64,000 nt of DNA from Chloroflexota bacterium. Its GTDB lineage: Bacteria > Chloroflexota > Dehalococcoidia > UBA2979. Of the stretch, positions 1-8,827 are shown one piece after another (the stretch's first letter is position 1; the number at the start of each line of letters is the position of its first letter). Under the pieces are notes generated by a model, which was given only the letters and a program-made list of their open reading frames with translations, ran no database searches and was not told the DNA's origin. The position numbers were made by a program, and so were the translations under genes. The stretch covers positions 44,239-108,238 of the forward strand of contig JAQCIU010000009.1 in assembly GCA_027593235.1 (NCBI GenBank), in the 5' to 3' direction.

Positions 1-408
1 CTAGCCGCGTGGCTGGCTGCGCGGACCAAACGGCTCCGGACGGAACGGATCGTCCCGTGCCTTCAGGAACGCCCCGAACCCACCCTCGGCCTGCGCCTTG
101 TCCAGGTGCTCCGTGTCGGGACCGTCGTTCTCCGCCTCGACGATCGCGGAGATCACGCCGTTCATGTTAAGCGCGGAACGCAGCCCCATCGCCTCGAGAC
201 CGTAGGTGGTGATCGCCTTGTTCAGCCGCACCGACTCCGCCGGCACCTTCGCCAGCCGCAGCGCCAGCTCGCGCGCGCGCTCCATCAAATGATCGTGCGG
301 CACCACCTCGTTGATCGCACCGATCCGCAGCGCCTCGGCCGCGTCGAAGTGATCGCCGGTCAGCGCGTAGCGGTGCGCGTTCTTCCAGCCGCAGAGAATC
401 GCGAACAG
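1..408 (-). pseudogene. enoyl-CoA hydratase/isomerase, C-terminal half only (5' part missing)
   Basis: LFAILCGWKNAHRYALTGDHFDAAEALRIGAINEVVP...RLNKA is a crotonase C-terminal segment; stop at 1-3. The Pro-rich N-terminus of ORF 1..522 is the antisense of the neighbouring gene. Confidence 0.75.
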
Positions 409-409
409 C

Positions 410-2212
410 GGCGCCAGCGCCGCCGGCGCGGGTCTCGCCGGCGCGGTACTGATCGGCTGTGGCGGAGACGACGATCCGGCCGACGGCGGAGGCGGTAGCG
501 GCGGCGGCGGCAGCAGTGCCACCGCGGCACCAACCTCAGCAGGCAGCGGAGGACCCGCTCCCGCCGATCAGGTGCGTATCGCCCCGGGCATCTACAACGA
601 GCCCGTGGCCGCAACCGCCGCGGAACTGGATCCCGCGAACAACGCCAAGTACGGCGGCACGTTGCTCACCCGCTACCTGGATCCGCCGCGGATGGACCTG
701 AACCGCACCATCTCCTGAACGATCTATCACACGCTCAACTACACCAATAACAAGCTGCTCCGAGGCAAGACCGGTGCTTCTGCTGACCCGTTCAACGTGG
801 AAATCGAGCCGGACCTCGCCGAGTCATGGGAAGCCGTCAGCGACGCGAACGATGAGTTCGTCTTCCATCTCCGCAAGGGCGTCTTGACGCACGAGAAGGA
901 GCCCGTCAACGGTCGCGAGTTCACCTCGGAGGACGTCGTCGCGACACTCGAGCTGATGAGAGCCGGTGGCACGCAGAAGGACGTCATGTCCGCGGTCACC
1001 TCCATTGCGGCCCCCGATCCGTACACCGTTCAGATCAAACTCGGCCAGTCACTCGCGGACTTCCCCACCACCCTCGCGTCGTGGGGCTTCATGTACGTCA
1101 AGGAACTCGCCGAGAACGAAGACCTCCGCCAGGAAGTCGCCGTCGGAACCGGCCCCTTCATTCAGGAGGAGTGGTCCCGAGGCGAGCGCAGCGTCTTCAA
1201 GAAGAACCCCAACTACTTCGAGGACGGTCTCCCCTACCTCGACGAGATCATCGCGATCGCCCAGAACGACGCGAACGCGCTGCGCGCCGCGTTCCAGACG
1301 GACAACATCTTCGAGTGGGCGCCGCGCGATCAGCCAGACCTCGAGGACATGGCGAAGACCAAGGACGACATGGTCGCCTCGATCTTCCCACGCTCCCGTG
1401 GCGCGAACGTCAACGGCTTCCAGTTCCAGATGAAGAACCCCACCTTCCAGGACGAGCGGGTGCGCCGCGCCCTCTCGCTGGCGTTCGACCGTGTCGAGTA
1501 CGACCTCGCCCGAAACTCCGGCGACAACCAGAACCCGGAGGGCCCGTACTCCAACGCACCGATGCCATGGCCGCAGCTCTTCGACGAGTACCCTACGGCC
1601 GCCGCCAACGGCCCCTGGTACCGATTCGAACCCGCCGAGGCATCCAAGCTCATGAACGCCGCCGGCTACACCGCCGACGCTCCGCTTGAGATGGAGATGC
1701 CTTCGTTCTACTACCGGGTCGAACTGGCGGAACTGGTGGTCCCCGGAATCGTCAGCGAACTGCCCGAGGTGAAGATCGCCTTCCGCGAGGTCGACAACCC
1801 GACTCACGTCACACTGATGTCGGACCGCAACTTCGACGACTCGATCGGCTTCCTCTGGGGTCCCGGCGGGTTCTCCATGGACCAGTGGGTCTACCCGTTC
1901 TACCACTCCACTGGTGGTACGAATTACGGCAGCATCAACGACCAGACACTGGACGCGCTCCTCGAGAAGAACCGCGCCACCACCGATCTTGAGGATCAGA
2001 AGGTCATCTGGAAGGACATCTTCGATCGCATCCACGATCAGGTGTACCAGGCGTGGTTCCCAGAACCACTCGTCCGCACCGCCTGGCCCAACTACGTGAT
2101 GAACTACCGCTACCACGGCTTGATGGGCAGCTACGTCTGCTACGTAAGCGACCAGGCACGATCGATCTGGCTTGACGACGGTGCCCCAGGCATCACCAAC
2201 GTCAACCGGTAG
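410..2212 (+). pseudogene. ABC transporter substrate-binding lipoprotein (family 5, DppA/OppA-like), 5'-truncated, with in-frame TGA at 716-718
   Basis: ORF 797..2212 has EPDLAESW, FHLRKG, GTGPF, DERVRRALSLAFDR. The same frame extends upstream through TGA716 to a lipobox LIGC (Cys 458-460) and Gly/Ser linker, with no start codon before TAG at 368-370. Confidence 0.75.
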
Positions 2213-2229
2213 ATCGGCACCCGAGGGAC

Positions 2230-2257
2230 CGGGCACACCGCCTTGGCGGTGTGCCCG
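2230..2257 (+). terminator. stem-loop downstream of SBP gene
   Basis: CGGGCACACCGC-cttg-GCGGTGTGCCCG, perfect 12-bp stem; no U-tract. Confidence 0.5.
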
Positions 2258-2286
2258 CCTCGCGAGCTCCAGAGGGAGGTGAGCAA

Positions 2287-2580
2287 GTGCAGGCACCCGA
2301 GGATCCCCGCTGCGATCAGGCAGTCACCGCCGAGGGCTATGGAGACGACTGTTGCGGCCCCCAGGCCGCCTGTGGAAAGCCTGCCGGTTGGCTACACGCT
2401 GAGTCAGGCCTCTCACTCTGCGACGAACACGAAACGAACGCCCGCAAGTACAGCTACAACAGCGGCACATGGCGCGTCGGCGACGTGGCAGTCTCCTACC
2501 CCGACGGCTGGCGCCGCATCGAGGGCAATCGGGTTACCGAGAATCCGCCAGCGCTGGAGGTCGTTCACATCGAGCGCTAA
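2287..2580 (+). CDS. small Cys/His-rich hypothetical protein (putative Zn-binding)
   Basis: Strong RBS GGGAGGT upstream of GTG; C-x12-CC-x5-CGKPA...LCDEH. Confidence 0.55.
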   Translation: MQAPEDPRCDQAVTAEGYGDDCCGPQAACGKPAGWLHAESGLSLCDEHETNARKYSYNSGTWRVGDVAVSYPDGWRRIEGNRVTENPPALEVVHIER

Positions 2581-2596
2581 CGCGCATCGACCCGGA

Positions 2597-3376
2597 CTAG
2601 AAGCGCGTGTACCCGCCGTCGATCACAAATTGATCGCCCGTGTGATAGGCGCTCGCGTCGCTCATCAGGTAGACCGCCAGCCCACCGAAGTCCGCGCCCG
2701 TCCCCCAGCGTCGCTCCGGAATGCGCTTCTTCACCGCGCCCTCGAACACCGCGCTGCCAAACGAGCGCTCCGTCATCGGCGTCTCGATCCAGCCCGGGAT
2801 GATCGAGTTCGCCGTCACCCCGTGACGCGCCAGTTCCACCGCCAACCCCCGCACCATCGACAGCATCGCGCCCTTGCTCGATGCGTACGGCTCGCTCCGC
2901 GGCGCCCCGTGGATCGTCGACACGCTCGAGGTGCCGACCAACCGCCCGCCCTCGCCGCGCTCGACCATGTGCTTCGCCGCCGCGCGGAACGTCCAGAACA
3001 CCCCGTCCAGATTCACCCCCAGCACGCGCCGCCACTCTTCGGTCGAGATGTCGATGAACGGCGTCCCGTTCCCACCAACCCCCGCGTTCGCCAACGCGCC
3101 GTCCACCTTGCCGAACTGCTCAACCGTGGCCGCGAACGACGCCTCAACTGCCGCCTCGTCTGACACGTCGCAGATCATCGCCGCGGCCTTCGCGCCGGTC
3201 GCCTGGAGCTGCGCCAGCGCCACCTCGTTCTTCGCCGGGTTGGTACCCCAGATACAGACGGCCGCGCCCGCCTCTGCTAGCGCCTGCGCCATCCCGAGGC
3301 CGATCCCACTGTTGCCGCCGGTCACCAGCGCAACCTTCCCGCTGAGGTTCATCGGTTCGTAGGCCATCGTGCTCAT
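2597..3376 (-). CDS. SDR family oxidoreductase
   Basis: TGGNSGIG, ANAG, YASSK, IIPGWIET, DGGY. Confidence 0.93.
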   Translation of the reverse strand: MSTMAYEPMNLSGKVALVTGGNSGIGLGMAQALAEAGAAVCIWGTNPAKNEVALAQLQATGAKAAAMICDVSDEAAVEASFAATVEQFGKVDGALANAGVGGNGTPFIDISTEEWRRVLGVNLDGVFWTFRAAAKHMVERGEGGRLVGTSSVSTIHGAPRSEPYASSKGAMLSMVRGLAVELARHGVTANSIIPGWIETPMTERSFGSAVFEGAVKKRIPERRWGTGADFGGLAVYLMSDASAYHTGDQFVIDGGYTRF

Positions 3377-3513
3377 CTCCTCTGGGTCGGATCGGTCGAT
3401 GTCTCGTCGCCCGGAATCCTACCGGAGTTGCCGTTCAGGCGACCGCCGTGCGATCTCTATGAGCAGACGCGCCCACGATCCGCGCGCCTGCCGCCGTACG
3501 AGAAAGGCACCCG

Positions 3514-4368
3514 ATGAGCGCAACCGTCGAACGCCAACTGCGCTCCTACATGGCCGAAGCCGCCAACCCCGATCAACCGAACGTCATCCACTCCACCGTC
3601 GGCGCGCAGGCGTTCGGCTTCCCCGACGCCCTCGTCCCCGGCTCGATCGTCTACGGCTCGATCGTCTACGGCTGGTGCACACCCGCCATCCTCGAAGCCC
3701 TCGGCCCGGCGTGGCTTCACGAGGGTTGGGCCGACGTCCGCTTCCGCCGCCCCGTCCACCCCGACGATCTGCTCACCGTCCGTCTCGACCCCGTCGGCGA
3801 CGACGCCTGGTCCCTCGAGGTCCTGCGTGACGCCGAGGAACTCGCGCTCGTCGGCACCCTCGGCCGCGGCATCCGCGGCGACCTCATCGACGGCTTCCAC
3901 GAATCGCCTCGCGTGCCCGCGATCCCCGTCCCCGATCCCCCGCCCGTCCTCACCCCGGAGAACATCCAGTTCGGCATCCAACTCCCGACCTACCGGACCG
4001 CACTCCCCTGGCCGGCTGTTCCGCCGAACGAGGCCTCACCGCGCCAACGGCTCGCCGGCGTCCTCCTCGATGGGACCGCGTACGCCAATCCCGCCGGCGT
4101 CTCCGGGCGCATGAGCTGGTACGGCCACACCTCATACGACTACGCCGGCCCCTCGATCCACACGCGCACCCAGGCGCAGCACTTCGCCCCCGCGCACGTC
4201 GATGAGCCCCTCGACATCGCCGCGTTCATCCAGGACGGCTACGCGCGCAACGGCCACCACTACATCGTCTACGACGGCACCGTCCGCAACGCCGCAGGCG
4301 ACACGCTCGCACACGTCCGCCACACGGTTATCTACCGCGTCGCGACCCGCTCGGAGGACGCAAGCTAG
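3514..4368 (+). CDS. double hot-dog fold (MaoC-like) acyl dehydratase-like protein
   Basis: NVIH...AQAFGFPDALVPG, VRFRRPVHP; RBS GAAAGG; contains a 15-bp in-frame duplication. Confidence 0.7.
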   Translation: MSATVERQLRSYMAEAANPDQPNVIHSTVGAQAFGFPDALVPGSIVYGSIVYGWCTPAILEALGPAWLHEGWADVRFRRPVHPDDLLTVRLDPVGDDAWSLEVLRDAEELALVGTLGRGIRGDLIDGFHESPRVPAIPVPDPPPVLTPENIQFGIQLPTYRTALPWPAVPPNEASPRQRLAGVLLDGTAYANPAGVSGRMSWYGHTSYDYAGPSIHTRTQAQHFAPAHVDEPLDIAAFIQDGYARNGHHYIVYDGTVRNAAGDTLAHVRHTVIYRVATRSEDAS

Positions 4369-5774
4369 CCCCGAGGATCGACCGGGCTCGGCGGCGTCCC
4401 GCCGCGCTCGATCGCCGCGCCGGCGCGCAGCAAGCGCGCCTCGTGGTGCCGCCCTGCCACAAGCTGAACACCCACCGGTGACGGACCGAGCGGCGTGTCG
4501 ACTATGCCCGTACTCACCGTCAGCCCCGGCAAACCCATGAACGGGAATGCGATCTGCAGCAGTTGCGCTTCCATCACCCGCTCGAACGCCGCGCCTGATT
4601 CGAACATCAGCAGATCCGGGAACGGCAGCTCCGAGGACACCGGGCACAGCAGGACCGGATACTCCTCAAGGAACAGTCGCCACTGACGTGTCAGCGTCGC
4701 CTGCACCCGCAGCGTCTCCATCATCTGATCGAGGTTGGGAGCCGGACAGCGCGCCTCCATGTGCGCGATTGCGAAGTTCGCGTCCGGATCGTCCTCGCGT
4801 GCAAACGCGCCATAGTCGCCCTGCCGGTACTGCCCCAGCCAGAGCCGCGCCTGGTGCTCCCCCGCCAGCCGGATCGGCGGCGTCTCCACCTCCTCCACCG
4901 TCCAGCCGTCAGCCTCCAGCCGGCGCGCGGCGTCGCGCACCGCCGCCTCGACCTCCGGCGCAACATCGAGGCCTTCCGGCGCGACGCACATCGCGGCGCG
5001 CTTCGGACCCAGTGGAAGCTCCACCGGCACCGCCGCGTAGCAGGGGTCGCGCAGGTTCTCGGCGGACATCGCTTCGAGGCCAAGTCGTAGATCCTCGATC
5101 GTCCGCGCGATCGGCCCCGCGACCGCCATCAACTGACCACCGATATTCCGGTCGCCGCCAGAAGCGTTGTGCTGAGGCACCCGACCGAGGGACGGGCGCA
5201 GGCCATGGATCCCACACGCATACGCCGGATAGCGCACCGACCCGGCGATGTCCGTGCCCTGACCGATCGCCCCAATCCCCGCCGCCACCGCCGCGGCCGC
5301 CCCGCCCGACGATCCCCCCGGTGTGAGCGCCGGATTCCGAGGATTGCGCGTGTGGCCGTGGACTCGGTTCCGCGTGAACCAGTGCAGCGAGAACGCCGGG
5401 GTATTGGTCCGGCCGACGATCACCGCGCCCGCCTTGCGGAAGTTCGAGACCACGGGGCTGTCGACCTGAGCGACGTTGTCCCGCTGGATCAGCAGGCCAC
5501 CCGTCGTCGCATGCCCCGCCTGATCCGTAACCACCTTGATCGTGACCGGCACGCCAGCGAGGGCGCCCGGATCCTCCCCGCGAGCGATCGTCTCGTCGAC
5601 GCGTGCCGCCTCGGCCAGCGCCTCCTCGGGGAACTCGTCGACCACCGCCGTGATCGTCGGGTTCACCGACGCGAGCCGTTCGAGGACCGATCGCGTCACC
5701 TCGACTGCGCTGATCTCCCGCGCACGTACGAGGCGTGCGGTCTCCGCCGCTGAGAGCTGCCACAGCTCGCTCAT
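4365..5774 (-). CDS. amidase signature family protein
   Basis: GVPVTIK, GRTN, PGGSSGG, GTDIAGSVRYPA. Confidence 0.93.
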   Translation of the reverse strand: MSELWQLSAAETARLVRAREISAVEVTRSVLERLASVNPTITAVVDEFPEEALAEAARVDETIARGEDPGALAGVPVTIKVVTDQAGHATTGGLLIQRDNVAQVDSPVVSNFRKAGAVIVGRTNTPAFSLHWFTRNRVHGHTRNPRNPALTPGGSSGGAAAAVAAGIGAIGQGTDIAGSVRYPAYACGIHGLRPSLGRVPQHNASGGDRNIGGQLMAVAGPIARTIEDLRLGLEAMSAENLRDPCYAAVPVELPLGPKRAAMCVAPEGLDVAPEVEAAVRDAARRLEADGWTVEEVETPPIRLAGEHQARLWLGQYRQGDYGAFAREDDPDANFAIAHMEARCPAPNLDQMMETLRVQATLTRQWRLFLEEYPVLLCPVSSELPFPDLLMFESGAAFERVMEAQLLQIAFPFMGLPGLTVSTGIVDTPLGPSPVGVQLVAGRHHEARLLRAGAAIERGGTPPSPVDPRG

Positions 5775-6517
5775 CGCGTCCCCTCGCGACGTGCCTCGAC
5801 GCGATCGATGAACTCCATCACCCGTGGCGCCACGACATCGACGGCGTCCGCCGCGCCGCCGTGGTCGGCTCCCGCAACCGCGAAGAACGTCGCGTCGTGG
5901 GCCGTGGTCGCCAGCGGCGGCATCTCGCGCGCGGCGTCGTTCGGGTCCTCGCTCCCCGCGAACATCAGCACCGGAAGCGCGGTGGTGTGAAGTGCCTGCC
6001 AGGCGCCTCGCCAGTCGCGAAGTGCCTCGAAGCTGTGTCGCATCGCGTACGGGAAGTCATCGAGTGAACGCGCGAACAGCGGGTTCGCACGCACCACCGG
6101 ATTCGACTCGACCGCCGCCCACTCGACCGCGGGCGCCTTGAGCGGGCTGAAGCCACCGATCGTCAGCGATCGGAACCGCTGCGGCATGTAGATCGCGATC
6201 CCGTAGCCGATCCAGCCGCCCATCGAATAGCCGAGGTAGTGCGCCGTCTCGATCCCCGCGTCGTGCAACACCGAGGCCACGTCCACCACCCGCGTCCGCA
6301 GCTCGTACGCCTCCGGGTCGTCCGGCTTGTCGCTCTTCCCGTGGCCTCGCGAGTCCACGAGGACGCACTGGTACTTCGGCGCGAGACGCTCGAGGTACCC
6401 GCGGCTCCGCCAGCTCTCCAGGCTCGACAGCAGGCCGTGCTGCAGCACCAGCGGCGGGCCGCTGCCTTCCAGCTCGTAGTGAATGCGGACACCGTCAGGG
6501 GCATTGGCGAATGGCAT
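5771..6517 (-). CDS. alpha/beta fold hydrolase
   Basis: HG, DSRGHGKS, GYSMGG nucleophile elbow, GADH; ATGA overlap with amidase. Confidence 0.9.
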   Translation of the reverse strand: MPFANAPDGVRIHYELEGSGPPLVLQHGLLSSLESWRSRGYLERLAPKYQCVLVDSRGHGKSDKPDDPEAYELRTRVVDVASVLHDAGIETAHYLGYSMGGWIGYGIAIYMPQRFRSLTIGGFSPLKAPAVEWAAVESNPVVRANPLFARSLDDFPYAMRHSFEALRDWRGAWQALHTTALPVLMFAGSEDPNDAAREMPPLATTAHDATFFAVAGADHGGAADAVDVVAPRVMEFIDRVEARREGTR

Positions 6518-6564
6518 GCGACGCTCCTCGCTGCGGGGCGGATGCTAGCAGCGGAGTCTCGCGC

Positions 6565-7722
6565 TCAGCGCTGCTCCGTCAGCTCATCTAGCAGCATCGA
6601 GGCCCCGATCGTTTCGTAGTGTCGGCGCGACGCGGCGATGTGATGCTTCATCACCTGCAGGTCGCGGTACGCCCGCTCGATCCGGTTGGCGCGAAAGATC
6701 GCTGGCGTCCCAACCGCGTCGTACAGGATCCCGACCGCCCGTCCCGCCTCGTGCACCGTGTGTGTCAGCGCCAGTCGTGCCTCCCGGTCACGCGCCGCGA
6801 AGTCGGGCGCGCCGTTCGAGGCCGCATCCCACGCCGCTCCGACGGCGTCGAACAGGAACGCGCGCGCCGCCCGCACCACCGCCTCCGCCTCGCCGACGGC
6901 AAGCTGTACGTGCGCGCGGTCCCGCAACAACGCTGGCGTCACCTTCGACGCGTTGTACTGGGCAAGCGTGTGCAGGTCATCCAGCGCCCCACGCGCGATC
7001 CCCACCGCGTTGCCCCCGTGCAGGCACCAGCCCCACATCTGGCTGAACGGCAGCCGGTAGCGCGGGCTCGTCGCGAACGGCCGCTCGTCGTTCCGCATCG
7101 TCCGATCGGCGCGTACGAACGCGTCGTCGATCACGAAGTCGTGGCTGCCGGTCCCGCGCATCCCCATCGTGTCCCAGTGATCGACAATCCGCCCGCTCTC
7201 CGGCGGCACGAACAGCACCCGGGTCAGCGGGTCGCCGTGCCCGTCGCGCAGCCGCTCACCCCCGGGACCATCGAGCACGAACACACCAACCGAGACCCAG
7301 TTCGCGTGCACGATCCCGCTCACGAAGTTCCAGTGCCCCGTCGCGCGGTACCCGCCGTCAACGGCGTACCCCGTGCCCTGCGGCTGAATCGCGCCCGCCA
7401 TCCGCAGGTTCTGGTCCTCGGACCGCATCTCCTCGATCGTCCCCGGCGAGAGCCAGCCGAGGAGCGCCGCCTCGTACGAACTGTTCGTCGCGAGCCAGCC
7501 CGCCGATCCGTCCGCACGCCCGATCTGCTCCACGGCCCGTATCGCCGTCAGCGGATCGACGTCCGACCCGCCGTGCTCGGCGGGCGTCAGCAGCGTGAAC
7601 AACCCCGCCTCCGCCATCGCATCCGCGATCGCGGCCGGGAGCTGTCGATCCGCCTCGATCTGATCGCCGGCGGCACGGATTCGCGGGGCAAGCCGGCGCG
7701 CGGCCTCGATGACATCGTCCAT
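6565..7722 (-). CDS. acyl-CoA dehydrogenase-like flavin-dependent monooxygenase (HsaA/DszC-type)
   Basis: GHWNFVSGIVHANW, WDTMGMRGTGSHD, IERAYRD; ATG 7722 preceded by TATCAT-6nt. Confidence 0.88.
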   Translation of the reverse strand: MDDVIEAARRLAPRIRAAGDQIEADRQLPAAIADAMAEAGLFTLLTPAEHGGSDVDPLTAIRAVEQIGRADGSAGWLATNSSYEAALLGWLSPGTIEEMRSEDQNLRMAGAIQPQGTGYAVDGGYRATGHWNFVSGIVHANWVSVGVFVLDGPGGERLRDGHGDPLTRVLFVPPESGRIVDHWDTMGMRGTGSHDFVIDDAFVRADRTMRNDERPFATSPRYRLPFSQMWGWCLHGGNAVGIARGALDDLHTLAQYNASKVTPALLRDRAHVQLAVGEAEAVVRAARAFLFDAVGAAWDAASNGAPDFAARDREARLALTHTVHEAGRAVGILYDAVGTPAIFRANRIERAYRDLQVMKHHIAASRRHYETIGASMLLDELTEQR

Positions 7723-7905
7723 CGCCGGATGATACGAGGCGCCGTCGGACCCGCGTGGGGCCACCCACCCCGCGGCGCTGTATCGATCCGGTCATCACTC
7801 TCGATATTACAAAGCGTATAGTGCGACTCAGGTGAGTCTCAGGCTGCGGCGCTGCTCGCAAGAACGCGAAACGAGCAGCCGCCGGTCGCACATCAGGGGG
7901 TCTTT

Positions 7906-8757
7906 GTGAAAGAGCTACGCGGTCGCAACGCCATCGTCACCGGCGCCTCCCGCGGGATCGGCGTCCACATCGCGCGTGCACTCGCCGACCGAGGCGTCAA
8001 CCTGATCCTCGCCGCCCGCACCACGGACGAGCTGGAAACGGTCGCGACCGAAATGACCGAGTTCGGTGTCCGTGCACTCGCCGTCCCCTGCGACATCGCC
8101 GACCCGCTCGCCCGCCAGGCGCTCGTGGATGTCGCGCTCTCCCAGTTCGGGTCCGTCGATCTGCTCATCGACAACGCCGCCATCGAATCAACCATCCACT
8201 TCCAACAGCAAACCGACGCCGAGTTCGACCACATGGTGGACGTCAACCTGCTCGCGCCTGTCGCGCTCACCCGTCTCGTGCTCCCCGGCATGCTGGAGCG
8301 CAAGCGCGGACACGTCGTCAACATCTCCTCGTTGGCCGGCAAAGCCGGCACGCCGTACGAGGTCGCCTACTCCACCACCAAGCACGGATTGATGGGGATG
8401 ACCCGATCGCTGCGCGGCGAGTTCCGCGACCGCGGAATCGGCTTCTCGGTCATCTGCCCCGGCTTCGTCTCGGACGTTGGCATGTACGCCGACAGCATGG
8501 TCGCCCATGGCATCAAAGCCCCCTGGACGCTCGGCACCTCCAAGCCGGAGAAGGTCGCCCGCGCGGTCATCAAGGCGATCGAGAAGAACAAGCCCGAAAT
8601 CATCGTCAACCCGAACGCCACTCGCATCCTGATGACCATCGCCGAGGCATCGCCGATGGCCGGCGAATGGCTGCTCGCACGCATGGGTGTGAACAAGGTC
8701 TTCCGACAGGGTGCCGAACTGCACGCGGCGGAGCAGGCGCGCGCCGCAACGCGGTAG
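7906..8757 (+). CDS. SDR family oxidoreductase
   Basis: TGASRGIG, DNAA, NISS, YSTTK, ICPGFV. Confidence 0.92.
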   Translation: MKELRGRNAIVTGASRGIGVHIARALADRGVNLILAARTTDELETVATEMTEFGVRALAVPCDIADPLARQALVDVALSQFGSVDLLIDNAAIESTIHFQQQTDAEFDHMVDVNLLAPVALTRLVLPGMLERKRGHVVNISSLAGKAGTPYEVAYSTTKHGLMGMTRSLRGEFRDRGIGFSVICPGFVSDVGMYADSMVAHGIKAPWTLGTSKPEKVARAVIKAIEKNKPEIIVNPNATRILMTIAEASPMAGEWLLARMGVNKVFRQGAELHAAEQARAATR

Positions 8758-8827
8758 TCCCCCACCCACGAGGCCGGGCGAATCCCCGCGTGCCACGACC
8801 TCACCAGGCCGGTACGCTGGTCGCCTG

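Noticed and set aside
409-522. Pro-rich N-terminus of ORF 1..522
   Set aside because: It is the antisense reading of the SBP signal peptide and Gly/Ser linker
7817-7891. Multi-stem structure upstream of SDR 7906
   Set aside because: The outer stem overlaps the likely -10 box (TATAGT), leaving one GC-rich hairpin; no riboswitch motif recognised
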